A stretch of DNA of 64,000 bases from Bacillota bacterium (GTDB lineage Bacteria; Bacillota; Limnochordia; DTU080). The stretch's first letter is position 1. Each line of letters begins with the position of its first letter. The notes under the pieces are model-generated. The model worked only from the letters and a program-made list of their open reading frames with translations. It did no database searches and had not been told where the DNA came from. The stretch lies in the NCBI GenBank assembly GCA_012840225.1, contig DULU01000089.1, positions 14,089 through 78,088 on the forward strand. The letters run 5' to 3'. Of the stretch, positions 9,746-19,018 are shown piece by piece. The position numbers were made by a program, and so were the translations under genes.

Positions 9746-11014
9746 CTAATTATCCGTACCTATTTCATACGCCGCATCCAAAACCAGGTCGATTTGATGC
9801 TTGGCCTCCAGCAGGCCGTCCATCACCGATTTCTCACCCGTCATCACCGGGGTGAGGGCGGTGCGTTTGGCGGTCTGCCAAGTCGCCCAGTCCGGGCTCC
9901 AGTCGGCATCGGTCATGAAGGCCACCGACTCCATCAGCACCTGCTGAATTTGGCTGGGCCTTCTCATCTGACTAGCGAGGGCGCGCACGGAAGGCAGGCT
10001 GTAGGGAACGGCATATGAGGTCCAGAAGGCCTCCAGGGTCTCCAGGGTGATGAGCTCGCGCATAATGGTCATGATGGCCGCCATATCCTGATTGGGCCGG
10101 CGCACTACTTCCCACATGTTGGAGCCGCCGTAGGCATTCCAGGTCACCGGACCTCTCGGCATGGGCGCCACATCCCAATGCAATTCCGGTTTGGCCCGCA
10201 CATTGTTTATATAATGGCTGCCGTGGATCTGGAAACCGGCTTTGCTGTCGAGGAAATAAGAACCGCCAAACGCCGCCGCCCGGTCCTGCAGCACCAGATC
10301 GGCCAAGAAGCGGGTAGCGGCGGCAGCTTCGGGAGAATCCAGCCCGGATGATTTGCGGTCGGGCATGAGGACGTTACCGCCATAGGCTTTGACCAGCGGA
10401 TCGAAGACCAGATGGGTGAGGTCTACCACCATGCCCCAGATATCGATGACACCGTCGCCGTTCTGGTCCTGAGTGATCTTCCGCGCCGCCGTGCGCAGAG
10501 TATCCAGATTCCAGGCGGCGGTGGGCGAGTTCACCCCGGCGTTGGCCAGAATAGTCGGGTTATACCAGAGCATCGAACCTACCGTGTCGTAGGGCAGGCC
10601 GTAAATGCCGGCTCCGTCCGGCTGGGGCCATCTGACCTCGTTCCAGGGCCCCGGCCAGAAGAGGTTTTCGCTCAAATAATCGTCTTTGGCCAGATAAGGA
10701 GCCAGGTCTACGGCACCGTTCCTGATCACATGGCCGAACAAGTATGTACCTGCCGTGTCGATGATGTCGGGAGCCATTTCGGTGCCCATGAGGATCAACA
10801 TTTTATTCCAGAAATCCGGGAAAATAATCACTTCCAACTCGATGTCGGGATGCTTGGCCTGCCACTTCGGTACCAGGACGTCGCGCATGATTTCATACCT
10901 TGGGTTGGAATAGGTGGCAATGGTCACTTTTGGTCTTGCCGCCAGGGCGGCTGCGCCGGAAACCAGAACCAATACCATTACCATTACCAGGATGCCTATT
11001 ACCGGTCTTCTCAT
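9746..11014 (-). CDS. ABC transporter sugar-binding protein
   Basis: Signal peptide; HPDIEL, APDII, YGLPY, WYNPTIL..AG and WDVAPMP.GP motifs. Confidence 0.9.
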   Translation of the reverse strand: MRRPVIGILVMVMVLVLVSGAAALAARPKVTIATYSNPRYEIMRDVLVPKWQAKHPDIELEVIIFPDFWNKMLILMGTEMAPDIIDTAGTYLFGHVIRNGAVDLAPYLAKDDYLSENLFWPGPWNEVRWPQPDGAGIYGLPYDTVGSMLWYNPTILANAGVNSPTAAWNLDTLRTAARKITQDQNGDGVIDIWGMVVDLTHLVFDPLVKAYGGNVLMPDRKSSGLDSPEAAAATRFLADLVLQDRAAAFGGSYFLDSKAGFQIHGSHYINNVRAKPELHWDVAPMPRGPVTWNAYGGSNMWEVVRRPNQDMAAIMTIMRELITLETLEAFWTSYAVPYSLPSVRALASQMRRPSQIQQVLMESVAFMTDADWSPDWATWQTAKRTALTPVMTGEKSVMDGLLEAKHQIDLVLDAAYEIGTDN

Positions 11015-11223
11015 ATTATCCTCCCTTTCTTTTGGTGTAGTTTAATTCTTTATACATTCATTGTATAACACATTTACTATCGGGTTACAATTATTCTCAC
11101 TGCAAAAATGCGGTTTTGGCGCAATAGCAGCATAGCAGCCTTATTACTTTTCATACAAAATGAGTTCTGTTCTCGGAAGGATTTATCGGAGGCTTATTTA
11201 ACCAAAAAACAAAAAGCAGAGGG

Positions 11224-14200
11224 GTGTTCTCCATACGCAGGACGGAAATTCATATCGGTGCCCGCCGGGGCTTATTCCATCTCTGGGCCACAGAAGGTGC
11301 CGCCTCTGCCGCCAGATCCTTCAGGGCAGCCGGTACCTATTTTCCTGGGGCACTTTCATATGATGAGTTAAAAAGTATCATAAAATCTATCGTCGGAGGT
11401 TCACACAGCATCGGCTATCCTGTCAAAGCGTACATCTGGCTCCCGGAAGAGCTTACGGCGCGCTCCAGAACCGCCGGCAGCCGGGGAAGGCTTTTGCCTT
11501 ACGCCATTCCCACCATCGGCCTTGATGAAGAAACCGCTGTGGCCATACTTCACGCCTGCCTCTCCAGGCAAGCTTTTGCCGGGAACATCTTCCCGGCAGC
11601 CGATCTCCTCTATTGGACTTATGCGCTCAGACTGGCCATCATCTTAATCGTCAAGCAGCAATACCTGCCGGGCCTGGTTTCCACCGATTTTGTTGGCTGG
11701 CGGGCGGTCTGGGAGCCGGTTTACAGCGATGAGACGGCTGAATTTTGCAACCGGCTGGCGCAGTCCATGCCAGGAGCAGCGCGGGCCATCACTATGGATG
11801 ATCATGAGCCGCCGGGCCAATCAGCGTCCGATTGTATGTGGGCGGTGGTCCGCACCTTGGTGGATTACCTGGTGCGGGCGGCTCAGGACCAGTCATTATC
11901 GCGCCTGCGCCAATTATCTGCCGATAGCCTGCATGATGATTGGATAGCCGCCTTAATGAACATCTATGGCTATCTGGATGATAAGTATAAAGATGCGCCT
12001 AAATGGCAGCAGCAGCTACAGGCCTGGCAGCGCCCCATCAAGCTGGTCGCCGGGGCGCCTTTCCGACTGTGCCTGCGCCTGGAGGAGCCGGTGCCGCCGA
12101 CCGAGGACTGGCACCTGCGCTTCCTGGCCCAATCCCGCCATGATCCCAGCCTGCTCATCCCGGCTGCCGATATCTTCTCCAACAGGAAGATATCGCCCTA
12201 CCTCCCCAAATCCGAGATCCGGGAAGCCTTGCTGATGTCCCTGGCGCTTGCCGCCAACATCTCCAAGGCGGTGGAAAAAGGCCTGCAGCAAAAGGTACCG
12301 GACGGCTCCACCCTTGACGGCGATGCCGCTTTCCATTTCCTCACCGAGGAAGCGCCCCGGCTGGAAGAGGCCGGTTTCAGCATCATGCTGCCGGCCTGGT
12401 GGGTGAAGGGCACAGACTCTCAGCTCAAAGTGAAAGCCGAAGTGAAAAGTCCACCCATGAAGACCAAAGGGCGCCTGTCCCTGGATGCCCTGGTGTCGAT
12501 AGATTGGCATCTGCTGCTGGACGGCGAAGAAGTGGCCGTTGAGGAAATCAAAGCATTGGCCAAGCTGAAAACTCCCCTGGTGCAGATGCGCGGCCGATGG
12601 GTAATGCTTAAGCCTGAAGACATGGAGGCCATAGCCGCCTATTGGCGGCAAAAGGAGAAAAAAATAACCGCCAGGCAGTTTATCAATATGGCCTTGACCG
12701 GTCAATCGCCCATTTCCGGGCTGGCTCTCGCCGATTATAAAGCGGACGGCTGGCTGGGACAAACCCTCACCCGGCTGGAAAACAAGAGCAGCATCTCAGA
12801 CTGTCCACTGCCCAAAGGATTGAACGGCGTGCTCCGGCCATATCAAAAAAGAGGTTATGACTGGCTGCAATTTCTCTGCCGCGCCGGCTTGGGCGCCTGC
12901 CTGGCAGACGATATGGGTTTAGGAAAAACCATCCAGACTCTGGCTTCCATCCTGAAAGACAAGGAAGACGGCGAGCAGAAACCTGTATTGATCGTCTGCC
13001 CCACCTCCGTGCTCAACAACTGGCTGTTGGAGGCCCGGAAATTCACTCCCGAACTGAAGGTGATGGTGTATCATGGCTCCGGGCGGCTGAAAGAGGACCA
13101 GTTCAGCGAGGAGGCCGGTGCCCATGATCTGGTGCTCACCACTTATTCCTTGCTGCATAGGGATGTGAAGAGTATGGCGCGGCTCCGCTGGGCCGGTGTG
13201 GTGCTGGACGAAGCCCAAAATATTAAAAATCCGGAGACCAAGCAAGCCCGGGCGGCGCGCACCCTGGCTGCCGCCGCCGACTACAGGATTGCCCTCACCG
13301 GTACACCGGTAGAGAATCATGTCGGCGATCTCTGGTCCATTATGGAATTTCTCAATCCCGGCATGCTGGGGACGGCGGCGGATTACCGCCGGCGCTTCTT
13401 CCTCCCTATACATCACTATAACCAGGAAGAGGCCGCCGCAGAGCTAAAGAAGCTCACCGGGCCGTTTATCCTGCGCCGGGTGAAGACGGATAAAGCCATC
13501 ATCGCCGATCTGCCGGAGAAGATAGAGAGCAAGGCTTATTGCGGGCTTACCAAGGAACAGGCTTCGCTGTACCAGGCCGTGGCCAATGATCTTCTGGAAC
13601 AAGCCGACGCCGCTGAAGGCATGGCCCGCCGGGGGTTGATCCTTTCGGCTTTGACCCGCCTAAAGCAGGTCTGCAACCATCCGGCTCTGTTTCTCGGCGA
13701 CCATTCTGCGCTGACTGACCGTTCCGGCAAGCTGAACCGGCTGACGGAGCTATTGGAGGAAACGCTCAGTGCCGGCGACCGCAGCCTGATCTTCACCCAA
13801 TTTGCGCAGATGGGCGAGCTGTTGCAAGATTACCTGCAGGAGAGATTCGGCCAGGAGGTGCTGTTCCTGCACGGCGGGGTACCGAGGAAAGAACGGGATG
13901 AGATGGTGACGTGCTTCCAGCAAACCGCAAACGGCACAAGTGGCCCCCGGGCACCGCAGATATTTATTCTCTCCCTGAAAGCCGGCGGAACCGGTCTCAA
14001 CCTGACGGCGGCCAATCACGTCTTTCATTTCGACCGCTGGTGGAATCCGGCGGTGGAAAACCAGGCCACAGACCGGGCCTTCCGCATCGGTCAGAAAAAA
14101 GGCGTCCAGGTCCACAAATTTATCTGCCGGGGTACCCTGGAGGAGCGCATTGACGAAATCATTGAGCAGAAGCGGGGCATGGCGGAAATGGTGGTCGGCA

Positions 14201-14283
14201 GCGGCGAGCAATGGCTGACGGAGTTGACCACCTCCCAGCTGCGGGAGCTGATCATGCTGGCCGGCGACGTCACGGCCGAATGA
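11224..14283 (+). CDS. SNF2-family (SWI2/SNF2) helicase/ATPase
   Basis: LRPYQ, LADDMGLGKT, LDEAQNIKN, ALTGTPVEN, KAGGTGLNL and WWNPAVENQATDRAFRIGQ motifs. Confidence 0.95.
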   Translation: MFSIRRTEIHIGARRGLFHLWATEGAASAARSFRAAGTYFPGALSYDELKSIIKSIVGGSHSIGYPVKAYIWLPEELTARSRTAGSRGRLLPYAIPTIGLDEETAVAILHACLSRQAFAGNIFPAADLLYWTYALRLAIILIVKQQYLPGLVSTDFVGWRAVWEPVYSDETAEFCNRLAQSMPGAARAITMDDHEPPGQSASDCMWAVVRTLVDYLVRAAQDQSLSRLRQLSADSLHDDWIAALMNIYGYLDDKYKDAPKWQQQLQAWQRPIKLVAGAPFRLCLRLEEPVPPTEDWHLRFLAQSRHDPSLLIPAADIFSNRKISPYLPKSEIREALLMSLALAANISKAVEKGLQQKVPDGSTLDGDAAFHFLTEEAPRLEEAGFSIMLPAWWVKGTDSQLKVKAEVKSPPMKTKGRLSLDALVSIDWHLLLDGEEVAVEEIKALAKLKTPLVQMRGRWVMLKPEDMEAIAAYWRQKEKKITARQFINMALTGQSPISGLALADYKADGWLGQTLTRLENKSSISDCPLPKGLNGVLRPYQKRGYDWLQFLCRAGLGACLADDMGLGKTIQTLASILKDKEDGEQKPVLIVCPTSVLNNWLLEARKFTPELKVMVYHGSGRLKEDQFSEEAGAHDLVLTTYSLLHRDVKSMARLRWAGVVLDEAQNIKNPETKQARAARTLAAAADYRIALTGTPVENHVGDLWSIMEFLNPGMLGTAADYRRRFFLPIHHYNQEEAAAELKKLTGPFILRRVKTDKAIIADLPEKIESKAYCGLTKEQASLYQAVANDLLEQADAAEGMARRGLILSALTRLKQVCNHPALFLGDHSALTDRSGKLNRLTELLEETLSAGDRSLIFTQFAQMGELLQDYLQERFGQEVLFLHGGVPRKERDEMVTCFQQTANGTSGPRAPQIFILSLKAGGTGLNLTAANHVFHFDRWWNPAVENQATDRAFRIGQKKGVQVHKFICRGTLEERIDEIIEQKRGMAEMVVGSGEQWLTELTTSQLRELIMLAGDVTAE

Positions 14284-14297
14284 AAGGTGAATGATCA

Positions 14298-15284
14298 TTG
14301 GCGCGCAAAGATAGGTTCTCCGACTATAATTCCAGGTTTATGCATTATTCCTCTGAACCCAGAAAGGTCAAAGGCGGCATCAAAGCGCAGACGCAGCGGG
14401 GGGAATTTGCCGCCAACTGGTGGGCCCAAAAATGGCTGAGCGCCATTGCCGGTAAGGCAGCCCACTCCAGACTGCAAAGGGGTAAGACCTATGCCCGTAA
14501 GGGCCAGGTAGTCGATCTGGATATCAAAAAGGGGAAAATCAGCTCGCTGGTACAAGGCAGCCGGGCTATTCCCTATAAAGTGACCATCACCCTCCCGACC
14601 TTCTCCGCCGCCGAGTGGCGGCATATGGTGGAACTGGTCAAAGAAAGCGCCATGTGGCAAGCCCAGCTGTCGGCCGGACAAATGCCGGCGGAGATGATCA
14701 CCGCCATCTGGGAGAAAGCCGGACTCTCTCTTTTCCCCACTCCGAAGAGCCCCTGCCATACCGATTGCTCTTGCCCCGACTGGGAAAACCCCTGCAAGCA
14801 CCTGGCCGCCGTCATCTACCTGGTGGGAGAAGAACTCGATCATGATCCCTTCCTGCTTTTTACCTTGCGCGGCATGACCAGGGAAGAGTTTTTCTCCGCC
14901 TTGCATGACGAGGAAAAAAGCGGCACAGAGGCCATGAAAGATGGGGCGAAGATAAAAGCCGGCACAGAGGTCCGGAAAAAGGCCGGAACAGGAGCCAAAG
15001 CGAAAGCTAAGGAGCCGGCGCCGGCACCTATGGAGCCAGAACCTCTTCTCCCCCAGCAATACTGGCAAATGGGCAAATTACCCGAGCGGTGGCCCACAGA
15101 CCGCAAACCACCAGCGCAGAATGCCCCTCTCCTCATGCGCCTCGGACCGCCGCCCTTCTGGCGCGGCGAGAAACCCATCCTGGAGCTCTTGGCGCCGGTC
15201 TATGCCCAGGCTACGGCGGCAGTAATAAAAATGATCGACGAGCAGTCTCTCACTTCAGAGCAGTCTCTCACTTCAATAGAATAG
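14298..15284 (+). CDS. SWIM zinc-finger protein (SNF2 partner)
   Basis: RLQRGKTYAR, VQGS...PY and CSCPD...PCKH SWIM motif; adjacent to the SNF2 gene. Confidence 0.92.
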   Translation: MARKDRFSDYNSRFMHYSSEPRKVKGGIKAQTQRGEFAANWWAQKWLSAIAGKAAHSRLQRGKTYARKGQVVDLDIKKGKISSLVQGSRAIPYKVTITLPTFSAAEWRHMVELVKESAMWQAQLSAGQMPAEMITAIWEKAGLSLFPTPKSPCHTDCSCPDWENPCKHLAAVIYLVGEELDHDPFLLFTLRGMTREEFFSALHDEEKSGTEAMKDGAKIKAGTEVRKKAGTGAKAKAKEPAPAPMEPEPLLPQQYWQMGKLPERWPTDRKPPAQNAPLLMRLGPPPFWRGEKPILELLAPVYAQATAAVIKMIDEQSLTSEQSLTSIE

Positions 15285-15360
15285 TACAAAAGGCATCTCA
15301 TACCGTTGCAAGAAATCACCTCCCCGCCGCCTTTAATATAAAATCACTCTAGCGAACGAG

Positions 15361-16755
15361 GTGATCAGCATGCATCGTTATGATACTTTAGCCATCTCTA
15401 GCCCGGATGATCTGCTTTATGGCCGCGCTCCCCGCCCGCTGAAGGTGAAGGAGGGCTTGGTCATCGGCGGCGGTACGGTGTATCCCGAGGTTAATTTTAC
15501 CCTGCCGCCGATGAATATCTCGGCTGAGGTCATGCCGGCCATCTACCGCCAGTATGAGGAGATGATCGAAGGGATCTGCAAACGGGCGGTGGAACTGGAA
15601 CTGCCCGGCCTGGTGGTGGAATTTGAACTGCTCCCGCCCATGACCATGGAGCCGCAGTGGGGGGCCGGGATCACGGAGGTGCTGCGCCGCACCCTGGATA
15701 AATATGCAGCGGAAGCAGGCCTGAAAAGCGCCTTGCGGGTGACGCCCAACGACATCCGGGAACATGAACGCCCACCTCTGTTGCGCACAGGATATTTATG
15801 GGAAAAAATGGTGGAAAGTTTCCGTCTGAATGCCGCCGCCGGCGCCGATCTTATGGCCATAGAATCCACGGGAGGGAAAGAGCTGCACGACGATGCCATC
15901 ATCATGGCCGACCTGCCGCTCGCACTCTTTGCGCTCGGGGTGTTGGGTTGCCGGGATATGGACTTTCTCTGGGATAACATCGTGCAGACCTGCCAAGGCA
16001 CTACCTGCCATCCGGCGGGCGATTCGGCCTGCGGTTTCGGTAATTCGGCGATGGTGTTGGCCGAAAAGGGCTATATACCCAAGGTATGGTCGGCCCTGAT
16101 CAGGGTGATGACCGTCCCCCGCAGCCTGGTGGCTCACGAGAAAGGAGCCGTAGGCCCCGGCAAGGACTGCGCTTATGAAAATCCATATCTGAAAGCCATC
16201 ACGGGACTACCGATGTCCGGGGAGGGCTCCGAGGCGGCTTGCGCCCATCTTTCGCCGGTAGGCAACATTGCCAGGGCCGCCGCCGACCTCTGGAGTAATG
16301 AATCCGTGCAGAATGTCCGCCTCCTGGGCGGCATGGCTCCCGTCGTCTCCCTTGAACAGCTGGCCTATGCCACCCGCTTGCTGAACACCGCCGCCGCCCA
16401 TGGTCCGGCTGGGGCCCGGCAGCTCCGCAACTGGTATGTGGAAAGCGATGCCAATAGGGATCCCCAGGCTTATATCCTCCGCCCGGATGTGGTGATCGCG
16501 ATTGCCAAGCAGATAGTGGCGGCACCCACGCCATATCTGAGAACGCGCACCGCCGCTTTGGCCACCCTGGCAGCCTTGCGGTCGGCGGTAGCCGAGGGCG
16601 AGCTGGCCCTGCCGGAGAGAGAGTTGACATATCTTGACCTGCTCTCCAGCCAAGCCGACAGCCTCCCGGAAGACGAAGCCGATCTGATTGGGATGGTGAG
16701 CGGCTCTTTCGACCGGGAAAAGATAAGGCTCGATCAATACGAGCTGGATATCTAA
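15361..16755 (+). CDS. mtaB: Methanol:corrinoid methyltransferase MtaB family
   Basis: GGG.VYPEVNF, IESTGGKELHD, GDSACGFGN, GPGKDCAYE and DLWSNESVQ motifs. Confidence 0.88.
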   Translation: MISMHRYDTLAISSPDDLLYGRAPRPLKVKEGLVIGGGTVYPEVNFTLPPMNISAEVMPAIYRQYEEMIEGICKRAVELELPGLVVEFELLPPMTMEPQWGAGITEVLRRTLDKYAAEAGLKSALRVTPNDIREHERPPLLRTGYLWEKMVESFRLNAAAGADLMAIESTGGKELHDDAIIMADLPLALFALGVLGCRDMDFLWDNIVQTCQGTTCHPAGDSACGFGNSAMVLAEKGYIPKVWSALIRVMTVPRSLVAHEKGAVGPGKDCAYENPYLKAITGLPMSGEGSEAACAHLSPVGNIARAAADLWSNESVQNVRLLGGMAPVVSLEQLAYATRLLNTAAAHGPAGARQLRNWYVESDANRDPQAYILRPDVVIAIAKQIVAAPTPYLRTRTAALATLAALRSAVAEGELALPERELTYLDLLSSQADSLPEDEADLIGMVSGSFDREKIRLDQYELDI

Positions 16756-16795
16756 GCTTTCACCGACACCTGACTAACCGAATATAGTACATGTG

Positions 16796-16845
16796 AAACC
16801 AGGAGCGGATCTCCCATACCGGCTGAGATCCGCTCCTGGTTTATT
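16796..16845. terminator. Bidirectional intrinsic terminator
   Basis: Perfect 18-bp stem aaaccaggagcggatctc/gagatccgctcctggttt between the convergent mtaB and FNOR genes. Confidence 0.85.
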
Positions 16846-16968
16846 TGAGTTAATCAACGGACCTTGTTTACCTTCCTTGGAAAGCTACTGTCCCTATTTG
16901 AACACCCCCCACAGCCCTCCTCCACGTTTGGAGTAAGAATTGGACACTCCGGCGGTATTCATAACGCA

Positions 16969-18456
16969 TCACAACGACCTAAGGTGGCCGCAATTGAAAT
17001 TGTCGTTCATGATGGTATCGGCGAAACGAGAGACATCTGTCTTTTTGCGCAAGAGCGCACCATATACCCCCGCCTGGGATATATCTCCCACCAAAACCAT
17101 GCCTACCAGTGCATTTTTATACAAAACCAGCTTCTTATATCTGCGCTGTTCAGGCTCGGCTTTCACCAACACCATATAGGCGCTTTCGCCGCTCTCACCT
17201 TTCGCCGGCACCGGCGGCTCCACCAACCCCATGGCGATGGCCGGCACCTCCCGGAACTCGACGGCATTTTGCAGGCCGATTAAGCCGCGACAAGCTCTTC
17301 TCCGGCTGGCCATATTGTAAGCGGCTATACGCCCCTGCGCCGAAGCATTAGGCCAGATAGGCGTCCAGGTGGGCAAGGCTCCGGCGCGCTCCGGGGAAAG
17401 GGTGCGGAATTCGGCCACGTCCCCGGCGGCATAAATGCCGGGCACACTGGTTTCCAGGTAATCATCGATCAAAATGCCCCGGCGGACGGCCGGACCGGCG
17501 GACGCTGCCCATGCCGTATTGGGAGTGATGCCCGCAGCCACAATAATCAGATCAGCCGGCAAGCTTTCCTCTCCGCTGTCACCTGCCGTCCCGCTGCCGG
17601 TCAACACCACCCGACATCGATCCCCGACTTCTCGTCCTGCCTCATGGTCAGGCCTTTCCTGACCAACGATCTCCCCAACCTGCCGACCCAAAATAAAGCG
17701 GATCCCTTCTTTCTCCATCTCCCTCTGCAGCATCCCCGCCGCATATGCATCAAATTGCGCCGGCAGGATCTGCGCTTCCTTCTCCACGACGGTCACCTCA
17801 AGCTGAGCGCCCCACCTTCTTATCAGGGCATAGGCGGCTTCCACGCCCACAAAACCGCCGCCGATCACCACGACGGAGCGGGTTTGGGCAACCAGCCGAG
17901 AATCGGAATCAGGTTGGGCGCCGGCGTGGGCACCGGCGTGGGCACCGGGCCGGGTGCACATTTGAACACAGGCTTGTTCTATCGCCCGAGCATCCGCCAG
18001 ATGGCGCAAACCGAATACCTGCGGGCGGTCTATCCCCGGTATAGGCGGAAAACGGGAGGCGGCGCCGGTAGCGATGAGCAGGCGATCATATGGCAACTCC
18101 TCACCATCTGCCAGCTTCACCACCTTTTTGCCTGGGTCAACGGCCAAAGCCTCCCGCCCCAGGAGCAGGTTGATGCCCAGCTTCCGAAAAAAATCCCTCG
18201 GCCTGATGGTGAGGTCTTCCTCCCGGCAACGCCCGGCCAGGTAAGCCGGCAAGAGGCAGCGGGAATAGGGAGGAAAATCTTCGGCGGATACCAAAGTAAC
18301 GGTCACCTGGCCATCCTCCGGCCGGCCGTCCACCTGTACCCCGCTGTCTTCGAAACTATTGCCGCTTCTCCGAGCCTCCCCGGAGGGGAAAATCTGCCTG
18401 AGCGTCTCAGCGGCTCTCACCCCTGCCGCGCCGCTACCAATGATGACAAAGCGCAT
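16969..18456 (-). CDS. FAD/NAD(P)-dependent oxidoreductase (FNOR, CODH-associated)
   Basis: GSGAAG, LLIATGA, GGGFVG.E and TS.PGIYAAGD motifs. Confidence 0.9.
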   Translation of the reverse strand: MRFVIIGSGAAGVRAAETLRQIFPSGEARRSGNSFEDSGVQVDGRPEDGQVTVTLVSAEDFPPYSRCLLPAYLAGRCREEDLTIRPRDFFRKLGINLLLGREALAVDPGKKVVKLADGEELPYDRLLIATGAASRFPPIPGIDRPQVFGLRHLADARAIEQACVQMCTRPGAHAGAHAGAQPDSDSRLVAQTRSVVVIGGGFVGVEAAYALIRRWGAQLEVTVVEKEAQILPAQFDAYAAGMLQREMEKEGIRFILGRQVGEIVGQERPDHEAGREVGDRCRVVLTGSGTAGDSGEESLPADLIIVAAGITPNTAWAASAGPAVRRGILIDDYLETSVPGIYAAGDVAEFRTLSPERAGALPTWTPIWPNASAQGRIAAYNMASRRRACRGLIGLQNAVEFREVPAIAMGLVEPPVPAKGESGESAYMVLVKAEPEQRRYKKLVLYKNALVGMVLVGDISQAGVYGALLRKKTDVSRFADTIMNDNFNCGHLRSL

Positions 18457-18481
18457 CCAGACTCACCTCACCACTTCAACC

Positions 18482-19018
18482 TCAAGCTCCCTCCAGCAGA
18501 GCCAGAGCTGTTTTCATGGCTCGTCCGGCAGCGAAATCATCCACTTCGCCCCAAATCAGGGCATCCATGGGACAGGCGGCGGCACAGGCCGGCACTTCCC
18601 GGTCGGGACAGCCGTCGCATTTCAGCGCCACTTTCTTGTCAGGATGCTGCCGCACGGCTCCATAAGGGCAGGCCATGATGCACATCCAACAGCCCACACA
18701 GGCCTGCTCGCCCCCTTCATTCGAGACCAAACCGCTTTTGGGGTCCTTACGCATCGCCCCGGTCATGCAGGCATCCACGCAGGCAGGTTCCTCGCAGTGC
18801 AGGCAAAGCAGCGGCACGGCCCGCCCCTTCACCGGTAACACCTGTATACGGGGCGGCGTCTTTTCCATCATGCCTCCTATGATGGATTTATCATTGGCCG
18901 CATGTGCTCCCGCACAAGCCAGGACACAGGTCATGCAGCCGTTGCACTTCCCGGCATCGATCATCACTCTTCTCATACCCAAAAGGCACCCCGCTTTCAG
19001 CTCCCGCGCCGGTTTCAC
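18482..19018 (-). CDS. cooF: 4Fe-4S ferredoxin-like electron-transfer subunit (CooF/HydN-like)
   Basis: Four Cys clusters (CNGC..C..AC, CLHC..PAC..AC, CVGCWMC..ACP, KCDGC....PAC...CP); overlaps the cooS stop. Confidence 0.85.
   Translation of the reverse strand: MKPARELKAGCLLGMRRVMIDAGKCNGCMTCVLACAGAHAANDKSIIGGMMEKTPPRIQVLPVKGRAVPLLCLHCEEPACVDACMTGAMRKDPKSGLVSNEGGEQACVGCWMCIMACPYGAVRQHPDKKVALKCDGCPDREVPACAAACPMDALIWGEVDDFAAGRAMKTALALLEGA

Noticed and set aside
11224-15284. SNF2-SWIM pair as a novel defence system
   Set aside because: This is a widespread, known gene pair with no accompanying nuclease or defence genes here
16786-16800. Possible parS site (catgtgaaac)
   Set aside because: It matches only half the site and is part of a terminator stem
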